Part shown: in pieces, positions 19,890 through 29,827 of the stretch
Numbering within the stretch: position 1 is the stretch's first letter
How the letters are laid out: each line of letters starts with the position of its first letter
Assembly (NCBI GenBank): GCA_965214405.1
Contig: OZ243956.1
Coordinates: 3,424,001 to 3,488,000, forward strand
Direction of reading: 5' to 3'
Source of the DNA: Trueperaceae bacterium
GTDB lineage: Bacteria > Deinococcota > Deinococci > Deinococcales > Trueperaceae
DNA: 64,000 nt
Notes under the pieces: generated by a model
Databases searched by the model: none
The model's input: the letters and a program-made list of their open reading frames with translations, nothing else
What the model was told of the DNA's origin: nothing
Program-made: the position numbers and the translations under genes

Positions 19890-21289
19890 CGTTTAGCAGG
19901 AGCAGCTTGAACTTGGGCGCGTCTCATCCGCGAGAATAGGAGAGACGCAACGGCCGGAACGAACAACAAACAAGAAGACACGATGAGCTGAAACCCGTCC
20001 CGAACCACCAGGTTGGGCTGCGCGTACATCACCCGGTAGGACACGAACAACATCCAGGCCACGCGGAACATCACGATAAGAAAGCGTTCGTCCATAGGAA
20101 GCAGCCGTTCGAAAAGAACCAGCAGCACCCCGAAGAAAAACGTCGTCAGCAAAATGCCCACCACACCCGCGCTAAAGTAACCGAAAGAAACGATGTCAAC
20201 CGGAATCCCCCCGCTACTGGGATTGAACAAAAAGGTGTTGATTTGGGACACGTCCGGGGGAGGTTCAAACCCGATGACTCGCTGCGGCAGGAGGTAAAGA
20301 AGCGCCAGGGGAAGATCGCTAAACCAGCGAAAAGGCGCGTGGGCAGGCACCTCTTGAATTACGTTGGCGACGTCCAAGGTCGGAAAAATGTACTCCACGA
20401 ACAGGCTGTTCAGGGTGTAAGACGCGTCGTTAAGCACGTGTCTTAGCTGCAGGAAGAACGCTTCGGGATGGACTAAATAATTGAAAAGCTCTTTGCCAAA
20501 AAGAACGAGAAAGACGAAGACCAGGCCGCCCAGCACCACATATCTTTTGTTGATGCGGTTGCGGTACACCATCCTAGCCGCGGGAAACGTTAACAGGTAC
20601 GTGAACAGGTTGAGCCTTCCGGCCTGGTGAAACAGGGTGGCGAGGGAGGTGAGAAAGGCCGCGACGAAGAGAACGGCGGCCAGCCGCCGCGTCACCCTGC
20701 CGCTCGCCGGGGTTGAACAGAGCGCAAAAAAGATAAACGAAGACCCGAGGGCCAGGGGAATAACATTTTTTAGAAACGCCAGTTTCGAGACGAAAAGCGG
20801 GTTGTCCAGCCGCAACACCATCGCAAGCGCAAAGAAGTTGCCGACGCCGCCGATGCTCTGCACATAAACCACCAGAGAAACGAGGCTTATCCCGAGCAGA
20901 AGCGTGCCCGCGGTCAAAAGGTAGCCTGTGCCGGTCAAGCTAAGAAGTTCGGGCAGAACCGCTTTCTGAGCGTTTTTGACAAACGCGCGCGCAACGGTGT
21001 AACCCGCAAGAATGCACAAGTAGCCAATCAGGGACAAAAGAGACGCGTAAACGAACGCCGAATCGTTGAAATTCGTTTTGAACATCCAGTCCCAGAACGT
21101 ACCCCGGAAGATGTCAAGGTTGGCAAGCTGCAAGTAGACGGGGACAAAAACAAAACTTATAAAGTACACGACGCTGGTCGCGCGTAAAAAGTCGATAAGC
21201 CCGGCCACTCTTCCTCTCGCCAGCTCCGCAAAAAAGATGATCAAGCCCAGAAGCAGCGCCGTACAAACGATGATGACGCTGTTTAACAT
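19886..21289 (-). CDS. wzy: Polysaccharide polymerase (Wzy-like)
   Basis: Many hydrophobic segments. Located within the GT/wzx operon. Confidence 0.65.
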   Translation of the reverse strand: MLNSVIIVCTALLLGLIIFFAELARGRVAGLIDFLRATSVVYFISFVFVPVYLQLANLDIFRGTFWDWMFKTNFNDSAFVYASLLSLIGYLCILAGYTVARAFVKNAQKAVLPELLSLTGTGYLLTAGTLLLGISLVSLVVYVQSIGGVGNFFALAMVLRLDNPLFVSKLAFLKNVIPLALGSSFIFFALCSTPASGRVTRRLAAVLFVAAFLTSLATLFHQAGRLNLFTYLLTFPAARMVYRNRINKRYVVLGGLVFVFLVLFGKELFNYLVHPEAFFLQLRHVLNDASYTLNSLFVEYIFPTLDVANVIQEVPAHAPFRWFSDLPLALLYLLPQRVIGFEPPPDVSQINTFLFNPSSGGIPVDIVSFGYFSAGVVGILLTTFFFGVLLVLFERLLPMDERFLIVMFRVAWMLFVSYRVMYAQPNLVVRDGFQLIVSSCLLFVPAVASLLFSRMRRAQVQAAPAKR

Positions 21290-22404
21290 GGGGCCTCGAG
21301 CAGACGCAAATACTCCGTCACGCCTGTGTGAACCGAAAAGGTTTGAAGACGTTTTCTAAAAAATAGGTCATCGGCAGGGGCGGCGAGAGCGTCCGTGATG
21401 GCTTGCGACATAGCGCCAACATCTCCAACCGGCACCAACTTCCCATACTTCCCGTTCCCCAGCACCTCTGCAGGCCCCGCCTCACAATCGGTCGCCACAG
21501 CTTTTACCTTCAAGGCCAGTGCTTCGACAAGAACAAGGGACAAGCCTTCCCGAAGAGAAGAGAGAACAAACACACCGGATTTTGCCATGAACGCATACGG
21601 ATTAGCCACCCAACCGGGGAGCCACACCTCAGCCTCGAGACCCCACACAGCAACCAACCGCTCCAACGCCCCCCGCTCTTCTCCCTCACCCAGAATAACA
21701 AGCCGCGCCTCCTGACCCGCGTCGTTCGCCCGGACCCTGGCAAACGCTTCGATAAGCAAAGAAAAGTTTTTGACTCCGGTCAGCCGCCCCGCGCCCAGCA
21801 CGACTGGCGGCGCGCCGGGCGCGAACCAGGGATGGTCTACGGGTTCCTGCGCCCGCTCAAACAGTTCGGGTGTGACGACGGGATTATAAATAACCCGGAT
21901 GCGCTCGCGGGGCACGTGGATGAGGCGCTCGAGGTCGTCAGCCACGCCCTTTGAAACGGCGACGACGGCGTCGGCCTGGGGGTAAAAAAGGCGCGCGGCG
22001 GTGGGGAGCCATCTCTCTTTGGCAGTTGCTCGCTGCACACCTTGAGAAGAAAAAGCTCGAGAGGGCAAGCTGTGGACGCTCACGACGACGCGCGTGTCCG
22101 TACCCGCCAGCCTTTTGGCGAGGAGCGCCACCACGTTGGCGTGGTCCAGCGCGCTAAGGAGCGTTTTCGGGCGCTCTTTATGTAAGTAGCGCACCAGGGC
22201 GGGGAGGGCGGCGAGCACGCGCGGCGCGTTCAAATCCACCACGCGCACCGCCGGGTGAAGCTGTGACAGGTAAGGCCCCTCGGCCTTGGCGAGCACCAGG
22301 TCTACCTCATGAGCGCGCGCAACAAAACCGTTCGCCAAGGTGACCATAACCCGTTCCGCGCCGCCCCCGGCGAGCGAGGGCAGAAAAAGAGCGTTACGGT
22401 TCAC
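21283..22404 (-). CDS. Glycosyltransferase family 4
   Basis: GGGAERV, IYNPV and EGLSLVLVEA motifs. Confidence 0.92.
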   Translation of the reverse strand: MNRNALFLPSLAGGGAERVMVTLANGFVARAHEVDLVLAKAEGPYLSQLHPAVRVVDLNAPRVLAALPALVRYLHKERPKTLLSALDHANVVALLAKRLAGTDTRVVVSVHSLPSRAFSSQGVQRATAKERWLPTAARLFYPQADAVVAVSKGVADDLERLIHVPRERIRVIYNPVVTPELFERAQEPVDHPWFAPGAPPVVLGAGRLTGVKNFSLLIEAFARVRANDAGQEARLVILGEGEERGALERLVAVWGLEAEVWLPGWVANPYAFMAKSGVFVLSSLREGLSLVLVEALALKVKAVATDCEAGPAEVLGNGKYGKLVPVGDVGAMSQAITDALAAPADDLFFRKRLQTFSVHTGVTEYLRLLEAPC

Positions 22405-23839
22405 GGTGATAGTTCCGCAATAAGCGCCACAGTAAACGCCGCGCGGTCGGGGCGAAAAGCTCTGAGCGAACCTCGGCGGTGTCTAGCGCAAAGAGCGCCG
22501 CGGCGTAGACAAGCGCGCCCAACATCACTTGCGCGAGGAGAAGCGCGCCGCCCTCCCAACGAAGCGTCGGCAGCAGCGCGAGCCCCATGAGAAGCGTTGC
22601 GAGCGCGATTTTGGCGAGGTCGCGCCGGGGAAAGGGCAGAGGAAAGCGCCGCCCGAGCCGCCAACTCATCAAGACGCCCACCGCGTAGGCCACGACGGTT
22701 GCGTAGGCCGCGCCAGGGTAGCCGAGGCGCGGAATCCACAGGAGGTTGAGCGCAAGGTTGACAAAAGCGGCGGTGGCGGTAACCAAAAGAAGCGAGGTCG
22801 TATTTTCCGCGAGTTGAAAGCTCAAGTCGAGGTAGTAGGCCCGAACACCCGCCAGGAGCGCGCCAAGGGTGATGAGGGGGATGAGGAGCGTGGCCGCACC
22901 CCCAAACGCAGGTCCCAACACAACCTCGGAAACGTTATGGGCCAGCAAGCTCAGCCCTGTGGCGGCGGGTAGCGCGACGGCGAGGAGGGCGACGGCGTGT
23001 TGGGTGAGATTCTCACGCGCGGCTCGGGTGCCCTCCTGCTCGAGCGCCCGCACCACAAGCGGATAAGACGCCAGCGTCACGGTCATCATCAGCACCGTCA
23101 CCGTGCCTTGCGCCAAATCGTACGAGGCGGCGTAGAGACCCGCGGCCTCGGCGTTCACAAGCCAGCCGAGGAGCAGGCGATCCGAAGAATTCACGATGAA
23201 CGATAGCGCAAAGGTCGCGGTAAGGGGCAAACCGTAGCGGAGCAGCCGACGTAGGAGAACCGGGTCGACCTTTAGAGATGCGCCGCGCCAGTCGGACAAG
23301 GTGAAAAGCGTCGGCAGCAGCGCGCCGAGGATAGCGCCCACCACCACGCCCGCCGCGCCGAAGCCCCGGTAAACCAGCCACCCACCCAGCGAGAGAGAAA
23401 GAAGAGATTTGGCGAGCGCCAGCCCGCCGTAACGCGCGGGGCGAAGGCTCGCGCGCGTTCCTTCTATATTGAGTTCAAACCAGGCTTGAGCGAGAACCAG
23501 GGCGGCACCCAGGGCGATAAAAGGGCGGGCCGCGGCGCTAGACAAAAGGAGCGCCGCCCCCGTGAGCGTCACCGTGCCGACGACGAGCAGCAAAAAGCCC
23601 GTGAGCACGGTGCCAAAAAGCTCCTCGCGCGTGTTAAAGGCGGCGAAAAATCTGAGTAAACCCAGCGCGAGCCACCTGAAAAAAACCGCGCCGACGAGCT
23701 CGGCGCTCGCCACGAGCAGGGCGTAACGTCCGTAGGCGTCGGGCAGCAGCAGGCGCGTGAAAAGGGCCAGGGCGATAAAGTTGACGAGGCCGGGCATGCC
23801 TCGAGCGAGCAGATAAAAGGCGCTATGACGAAGCAGCAT
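22394..23839 (-). CDS. wzx: Polysaccharide flippase
   Basis: LFTRLL.PDAYG.Y, LLRYGLP and SSDRLLL..AGLY motifs. Confidence 0.85.
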   Translation of the reverse strand: MLLRHSAFYLLARGMPGLVNFIALALFTRLLLPDAYGRYALLVASAELVGAVFFRWLALGLLRFFAAFNTREELFGTVLTGFLLLVVGTVTLTGAALLLSSAAARPFIALGAALVLAQAWFELNIEGTRASLRPARYGGLALAKSLLSLSLGGWLVYRGFGAAGVVVGAILGALLPTLFTLSDWRGASLKVDPVLLRRLLRYGLPLTATFALSFIVNSSDRLLLGWLVNAEAAGLYAASYDLAQGTVTVLMMTVTLASYPLVVRALEQEGTRAARENLTQHAVALLAVALPAATGLSLLAHNVSEVVLGPAFGGAATLLIPLITLGALLAGVRAYYLDLSFQLAENTTSLLLVTATAAFVNLALNLLWIPRLGYPGAAYATVVAYAVGVLMSWRLGRRFPLPFPRRDLAKIALATLLMGLALLPTLRWEGGALLLAQVMLGALVYAAALFALDTAEVRSELFAPTARRLLWRLLRNYHREP

Positions 23840-23863
23840 GGGGAGGGGGTGCGGAGGGTCCGC

Positions 23864-25525
23864 TTACCGCGTGTTCGTCTCTGCCGGGTTGGGTGACGGG
23901 CGGGGGACCTCGAGTACGTCTTCGTTCTTTTTTTTGCCCTTTTCCTCGCCTGTTCCTTCACTCTTTCCCTCGCCTGTTCCTTCACCATAGCCGTACCCGT
24001 AACCTCCCGCCGAACCTAACCGAGCGGGCGAGAGGCGCGTCGCCACCGCGCCCAACAGCGGCACGCCGACGCGCCCGAAAAGCTCGACCGCCGCGCGGAC
24101 GTGCCGCTGGTCGGACGAGCCGGGGGAAGCGGCGAGCAGCGCGCCGGAACACTGCGGCGCGATTACGAGCGTGTCCGCGACGGGCAGCACGGGCGCGGAG
24201 TCAATGATGATCACGTCAAACGCCTCCCGCCACTCGTTCAGGCGTTCCCTAAACCCAAAGGAGAGCAGTTCGGCGGGCGCGGGCGCGGGTTTGAACGAGG
24301 GGACGAGGTGGAGGTTGGGGGCGACGTTGGGGGGTTCATGGGTTTCGTGAAGGTTCTCGAGCAGGTCCTGCAACGTGAGCACCGGAGGACGCACCTTGTA
24401 TTCCTCGGCCAAGACGGGTTTGCGTAAGTCGGCGTCGACAAGGAGCGTCCGAAAACCGTTGCGCGCAAAAGATTCGGCCACACTTAGCGCCACGCTCGAT
24501 TTGCCCTCGCTCGACTGGGGGCTTGTGACCAGAATGACACGGGGCTCGGCGGGGGTGGCGAAAAGCAGATTGGTCCGCAAGTAGCCCGCGCGCTCGCCGG
24601 GTAGACGGCGGCCCGAGGCCTGTTTGGCGAACTCGCCCAACACGGGCAGACCGCTCACCCGAGCTAAATCCTCCGAGTCGCGGACGCGGGTGTTGAGTGC
24701 GCTCCGCAGGGCCAGCGCGCCGTAGACGCCGAAGAGCCCAAGAATAAACGCGACCGCCGCGTTTAAGAGGGGCCGGGGAAAGGTGGGCTTGGTGGGCAGG
24801 GCGGCGGGCTCGAGGGGCTCGAGCAGCCCCAAGGGCGAATCACTAAGCGCGCGGGTGAGCTCTAACTGCGTCGCCTGCTGCGCGCGCAGCGCCAGTAGCG
24901 AGGCGTAGGGCACCGACGCTGTTTCTCTTTTTGTTTCCCCACCTGTTCCCTCACCTGCCCCCTCATTCTCAGCGGCAAGGCTCGCCAAGCGCGTGTCGAG
25001 CGCCGCGACCTGCCCCTCCAAATCCAGCACGAGATTACGAAGCGTTTGCGTGGCGCGCGCCTGGTCCCAGGCCACGAGAGAAAGCGCGGCTGCGTTCGCT
25101 TTTTCCGCCGCGCCCGCCGCGCTCTCGCCCCGCGCCCGGTAGCGAATGAGCACCGAAGTCGAGCGGCGATTTTCTTCGGTGGTTACGGTGAGGTCGTCGC
25201 GCAACCTTTCGACCGCCAGGGGCGTGACTCTCTGACCGAGGCGCGCTAAAGCTGCCTCCAACACCGGGTTACTCAGCGCCGCCTCCCGGTAGATTTCACC
25301 GCCCAAAAGCGTTCCGGGCGCGCTGGGAAGCGCCGAGGTCGCCCCCTCTGAAGCGCGTTCCGCGGCGAGCACGCTTCCTTCGGCGCGGTAGCTGGGGCTC
25401 ACGAGAAAACTCAGCCCGTAAGCGAGACCCGCAAGGGCGAGGGCGGTGAAAAGCGCGAGGAGAAAGCCGCGCCTAAGAAACCTGACGAGGTCGGTGACGC
25501 TAATGTCGGGGGGCTGCGTTGTCAG
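23864..25525 (-). CDS. wzc: Wzc-like chain-length regulator/BY-kinase, probably with a CTG start
   Basis: N-terminal TM plus PSYRA, Walker A TSPQSSEGKS, VDADLRKP, IIDSAP and a C-terminal YGYGY cluster. Confidence 0.85.
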   Translation of the reverse strand: MTTQPPDISVTDLVRFLRRGFLLALFTALALAGLAYGLSFLVSPSYRAEGSVLAAERASEGATSALPSAPGTLLGGEIYREAALSNPVLEAALARLGQRVTPLAVERLRDDLTVTTEENRRSTSVLIRYRARGESAAGAAEKANAAALSLVAWDQARATQTLRNLVLDLEGQVAALDTRLASLAAENEGAGEGTGGETKRETASVPYASLLALRAQQATQLELTRALSDSPLGLLEPLEPAALPTKPTFPRPLLNAAVAFILGLFGVYGALALRSALNTRVRDSEDLARVSGLPVLGEFAKQASGRRLPGERAGYLRTNLLFATPAEPRVILVTSPQSSEGKSSVALSVAESFARNGFRTLLVDADLRKPVLAEEYKVRPPVLTLQDLLENLHETHEPPNVAPNLHLVPSFKPAPAPAELLSFGFRERLNEWREAFDVIIIDSAPVLPVADTLVIAPQCSGALLAASPGSSDQRHVRAAVELFGRVGVPLLGAVATRLSPARLGSAGGYGYGYGEGTGEGKSEGTGEEKGKKKNEDVLEVPRPSPNPAETNTR

Positions 25526-25659
25526 GGGAAATCCTTTCGAGAGAACCGTTGAACAAATCGCCAGCTAGGTCATCTAAGGTTAAATCACCCTTAGACCGCT
25601 ACCACCATACCTCACGCGGGGATGTGAAGGTTTATCGGCACCCTTAGTTCAACCTGATA

Positions 25660-26946
25660 TCAACCAGCATCGTGAGGATTTCCGGCAACGCTGTGCAGCG
25701 TACCCGCGGCGACGTAAGCCAAAAACGCGTTCGCCGGGATGATGGTCAAGTTACCATCCACCAAACCGTGGATAAGAAGCGCTGCGAGTCCGGCTTTGAA
25801 GCCCCAGCGCAGGGCGCGCGGTAGCGGCGAAGGGCGCGCGAGAACGGCGAACCAAAAACCCAAAAAGGCCAAGAGCGCGAGGAGGCCGCTCTCGCTTGCG
25901 ACTTGCAGGTAATCGTTATGTGCATAGTTGACCAAACCATGTAACTGCCTCTGGGCTACCGTACGCGCCTCCGCAGGGCGGTATTGGGGGAGCGCGTAGA
26001 CGAGGTTGCCGGGTCCGACCCCCAACCAGGGATGTTTGGCTGTCACGTTGAGGCTCGAGCGCGCAATCAGCCAACGACCCGCGACGTTGGGATCGTGGCG
26101 CAGGTCCAAAAGCGTCGTAATCCGCCACCTCAAACCGTACCCGGTCTCGCGCGGCGCGTAGGCGACGCCCGCGATAACGGTGAGGAGGACCAAAAAGCCG
26201 CCCACAAGTCCAGCCTTTAGCAGCGCCTTGAGCTGCGCGCTAGGAGAACGCCGGATGAAACTCACGAGCACCCCCCCCGCCGCCAGCGCCACAGCCAGCC
26301 ACGTCCCCCTCGAGAACGTCAGCGCGACATTGGCCAAAAGGAGCGCGGCAAGCCCGCCGTAACCGAGCTTGGCAAGCCGCGTTTTGGCGTGCAAAAAGAG
26401 GCTCAGGACGAACGGTGTAAGGAGGTCCAAAAAGCCCCCGTAGTGGTTCGGGTTGTAGTAGGTGCTCGAGAGCCGCCCGATAAGCCCTTCCGGAAGCCTC
26501 CCCAGGCCGAACCACTGGACGAAACCGTAAAGACCCATAAGACAGGCCACGGTGACAAAGCTTGCAACAAGCCAGCGGCGGCGTGTGGGCGTGGTCGTTA
26601 AGCCCCAAGCAAGCACAAAGCCGCTCGCATAAACAGAAATCGTCAGCGCTTCCTGCAAACTCCCGAAAGGATAGGCGCTCCTTGCGGCGCTTAGAACACT
26701 TAAGCCTGCATAGACCAGGAGAGGCAGGAGTAAGGGCAGAGGGGGAAGCTTCAGGCGCCCAGTGGTTCCGGCGGCAAGCAGGAGCAGCGTGAGGCTGATG
26801 ACGCCAAGGGCGCGGAGGATAAAAAGGCTCCAGGGATAAACGGCACCCTGCGCGAGGGGTACCAACGTCGTCACCAAGAGGAGGATGAACGCAGCGCGCT
26901 CGAGCCACCTTCCCACGTTCTCCCTTAACACCTGCGGGTCACTCAC
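25660..26946 (-). CDS. O-antigen ligase / O-oligosaccharyltransferase family (Wzy_C)
   Basis: STYYNPNH, TFSRG, GVGPGN and AHNDYLQ..ESG motifs. Confidence 0.88.
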   Translation of the reverse strand: MSDPQVLRENVGRWLERAAFILLLVTTLVPLAQGAVYPWSLFILRALGVISLTLLLLAAGTTGRLKLPPLPLLLPLLVYAGLSVLSAARSAYPFGSLQEALTISVYASGFVLAWGLTTTPTRRRWLVASFVTVACLMGLYGFVQWFGLGRLPEGLIGRLSSTYYNPNHYGGFLDLLTPFVLSLFLHAKTRLAKLGYGGLAALLLANVALTFSRGTWLAVALAAGGVLVSFIRRSPSAQLKALLKAGLVGGFLVLLTVIAGVAYAPRETGYGLRWRITTLLDLRHDPNVAGRWLIARSSLNVTAKHPWLGVGPGNLVYALPQYRPAEARTVAQRQLHGLVNYAHNDYLQVASESGLLALLAFLGFWFAVLARPSPLPRALRWGFKAGLAALLIHGLVDGNLTIIPANAFLAYVAAGTLHSVAGNPHDAG

Positions 26947-26956
26947 AGACGTTCAC

Positions 26957-27535
26957 TTACGGATGTTCCAGGGCCTCGAGGCGCGCCTCTATACGCGCGT
27001 CCTCCCGCACGTCGAGCGCGCGTTTATAAAAAGAGGCGGCCTCGTTTTGTCGGTTTGACTGCTCGAGCAGCCTGCCCAGCGCGTAGAGGAGAGACGCGTT
27101 GTGCGGGTCGCGCGCCAGCGCCTCCTCAAAGGCGGCTTGCGCCTCGTCAAGGTGCCCCTGCGCCGCCTGCGCCCGGCCCAGGTCGCCGTAGAGCGTCGCG
27201 TCTTGCGGGTTGAGGGCGAGCGCCCGCGTGTACGCCGCGACCGCCCCCACCGCGGCGTCTGGCGTGGCGTCCGGCGCGCCGCGCCAGGCGTAGATGAGTT
27301 CTTGCACCTCTCCTGTTTTTTGCCAGACCCGCGCGCCCCGCGGCGTGAGCCTTTGCGCCCTTTCTAAGGCGTCCAGCGCCGCGCCAAAACGCCCCCAGCT
27401 CACCGCCTCGTCCGCGCGTCCCAAGGCGCGCGCGGCCAAATAAGGCGTCGTCAGGGTGTACAAAAGAAAACCGCCCCCCACCAGCGCGCCGACCACAAGG
27501 AGCAGCCGGACGGGAGGAGAGAGGCGGAGGAGCAT
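26957..27535 (-). CDS. Membrane-anchored TPR protein
   Basis: N-terminal TM. TPR motifs ALALNP, ALARDP. Confidence 0.8.
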   Translation of the reverse strand: MLLRLSPPVRLLLVVGALVGGGFLLYTLTTPYLAARALGRADEAVSWGRFGAALDALERAQRLTPRGARVWQKTGEVQELIYAWRGAPDATPDAAVGAVAAYTRALALNPQDATLYGDLGRAQAAQGHLDEAQAAFEEALARDPHNASLLYALGRLLEQSNRQNEAASFYKRALDVREDARIEARLEALEHP

Positions 27536-27578
27536 TTAATAGATAAAGGGTGGCTTCGGTTCTTATGTTTGGGTACGT

Positions 27579-28124
27579 TTAGGGCGTGACAAGTGGACGC
27601 AAGGGGCTGATGGCAAGGTCATACGCGTCACTCAGCTCGCCCACCAGCCCGTCGACCACCACCGAGGTAATGATGCTGGCGATACTCAAGCTGTCGAGGT
27701 TCCCCGCCTCGTCACCCAAAGGGACGCGTAGCCCCAGCGCACTCAGCGCCGCCTCCGCAGTGACTAAGATGTTCGGGTCGCTCAAGTCAAGAGGTAGAAC
27801 GCCGTTTAAGAAGTCGGCGAGAAAGAGGATAAATACATTTCTGGGCAGCACCTCCGCGGCGATGGCCGCTTGCATGTCGGTTTGCAGGGTCGGCGCGAGG
27901 ATGCCCAGCGCCGTCAGCCTCTCCAAGAGCGCCGTCGCAAACGCCGCCGCGTCGTCTTGAGACAGGCCTGTGTCCTCGAGCTCAGCCACGAGTTGCGGGT
28001 CGACAATGTTGGCAAACGCGACCACCGCCTGTGCCGCCGGGTTGGTCCCTTGCGCCAGTCCGACGCTCGTAAAAGCAGCCAGTGTAATGACGAGTATGGT
28101 GATAAAGCTTTTTATGTAAGTCAT
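27579..28124 (-). CDS. Secreted hypothetical acidic protein
   Basis: AGGAGG RBS, signal peptide ending GLA-Q, C-terminus ISPLRPLVTP. Confidence 0.65.
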   Translation of the reverse strand: MTYIKSFITILVITLAAFTSVGLAQGTNPAAQAVVAFANIVDPQLVAELEDTGLSQDDAAAFATALLERLTALGILAPTLQTDMQAAIAAEVLPRNVFILFLADFLNGVLPLDLSDPNILVTAEAALSALGLRVPLGDEAGNLDSLSIASIITSVVVDGLVGELSDAYDLAISPLRPLVTP

Positions 28125-28389
28125 GCTCCCCCTCCTGTTGCTGTAAGGTTGTAGACCAATTTGTAGGCCGTGACTGCCCGGTAACAGGCTGCCTAGTGAT
28201 AAATCAACTGCGCGACATTTGGATCCGACTGTTTTGTCCCGACTTGAAACGCTGGTCCAAAATCCTTGGCTAACGTTACCCAAATCTAATCACAAAGTAT
28301 ACAGGATGGCTTGATGAGACGGGGCGGGGCTGAGGGTGTCGCCTCGAGCGCTCTCACTCCTTAAGTCATAGAGGTTAAGTCGTAGAGGC

Positions 28390-28420
28390 GGCGGGTGGGA
28401 AGATGTTCGCCCCACCCGCC
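28390..28420 (-). terminator. Hairpin downstream of the SLH-collagen gene
   Basis: GGCGGGTGGG/CCCACCCGCC stem. Confidence 0.55.
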
Positions 28421-28472
28421 GGAGACCGAGAGCCGGAAGGTGACACAGCCAAACTGAAGCCTGACCTCTGAC

Positions 28473-29282
28473 CTACGGGCAGTTGCATTGGCCCGGCGGA
28501 CCTGCGGGGCCGGTCGCTCCCACGGGGCCGACGGGTCCTTGCGGTCCCGGCGGGCCTTGGGGACCCTCGGCTCCGGGGGGGCCTGCGGGACCGCCCGGTC
28601 CGGTGAGCCCCTGCTCTCCTTGTGGCCCTGTCGGCCCGGTGAGCCCCTGCTCGCCTGGCGCGCCAGGCGGGCCGGGTTCACCCGCGGGGCCGGGCGGTCC
28701 CTGGGGACCAGGCTCACCCGCGGGGCCGGGCGGTCCTTGAAGCGTACCCGCGGCGAGCGCGCCCTGAACCTCGCTTACTTGGGTTGCGAGCGTGCTGACG
28801 GTGTCTTGAACCGCGAGCGCCCCGCAACCGGTTTGCGCCGCCAGCACGTCCAGCACCCGGCTTACTAAAAAGGCGGTCTGGTAACCCGTCAGGAACTCGC
28901 CGCCCCGAAATTCGCCGCTCGGGAATGCTTCGTCTATACCCAAAGAGGCGAGCCGCGCCACCGCCGGTGCCGCCCAGTGACCCTCCGGCACGTCGGAAAA
29001 GGAGGTGGTGGGCGCGCTACTGGCAACGACGTTTTGGCCGCAGCCGGTTTGCGCGTAGACGGTCTCGAGCAGGCCGTTCAAAAGCACCGCCGCCTGATAG
29101 CCCGTGAGCGGGTCGGCGCCCAAAAACGAGCCGTCCGGAAACGACACCGGCACACCCGCGTCGGCGAGCTCCGACACGGCCTCGCTCCGCCAGTCGGCGG
29201 CTTGCTGCACCGCGCCCACCACGCCTAAAGCGGCAAGAACGCCCAGCAGCGCGAGAAAGAACCTGAAAAAACGTTTGGGCAT
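28473..29282 (-). CDS. S-layer-homology (2x SLH) protein with a collagen-like tail
   Basis: Signal peptide, FPDGSF and [13 protein letters not shown] motifs, 28 uninterrupted Gly-X-Y triplets, terminal CNCP. Confidence 0.85.
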   Translation of the reverse strand: MPKRFFRFFLALLGVLAALGVVGAVQQAADWRSEAVSELADAGVPVSFPDGSFLGADPLTGYQAAVLLNGLLETVYAQTGCGQNVVASSAPTTSFSDVPEGHWAAPAVARLASLGIDEAFPSGEFRGGEFLTGYQTAFLVSRVLDVLAAQTGCGALAVQDTVSTLATQVSEVQGALAAGTLQGPPGPAGEPGPQGPPGPAGEPGPPGAPGEQGLTGPTGPQGEQGLTGPGGPAGPPGAEGPQGPPGPQGPVGPVGATGPAGPPGQCNCP

Positions 29283-29827
29283 GATGACTCCCTTGTGGTG
29301 ACCCCTTTTGTGGACCCTTTGTGGTCGAATAGCCTAGCTGACACGTGTCATGACTCGACGCTTCATCCCTTTTGACGCGCACACCCTGCACCCGTTTTAA
29401 GTTGATACACATGAACATGCACGTGACTAACGCAGAACCTTGCAAACTGGCGCAGGTGGTGTAATGTTGACGCTGTGGCCTCACCAAACAAATAGTTTCA
29501 TCAAACAACTGATAAACCAAACAAATTGATACACCCACAGCATAACTTAAAAGACCATTATGCCAACCCGCCTCAGCCGCCCCTGAGACTAACATCACGG
29601 CTCTCGCTGGTGATGAAGGGTTGGTGAAGCTTATGGAGGGTGTAGAGGATGACGTGTCGGGCTGGCAGGGGGTGCCGCCGCGTCGGAGCGCCGCTCGAGC
29701 CCTCCCCAAAACCGTTCGTGAAGACGTGGTGTAAGACTCCTGGCGCAGGACGCCCGTGTGAAAAAGCAGCGCGCGAGAAAACAGTCTGTGTGATAGCGGA
29801 ACGCGCGTTGTTCTGAGGGCTGGTACC

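Noticed and set aside
28361..28388. 14-bp tandem duplication TTAAGTC(A/G)TAGAGG
   Set aside because: Only two copies. Probably local slippage, as for the 15-bp WTLKR duplication near 29851.
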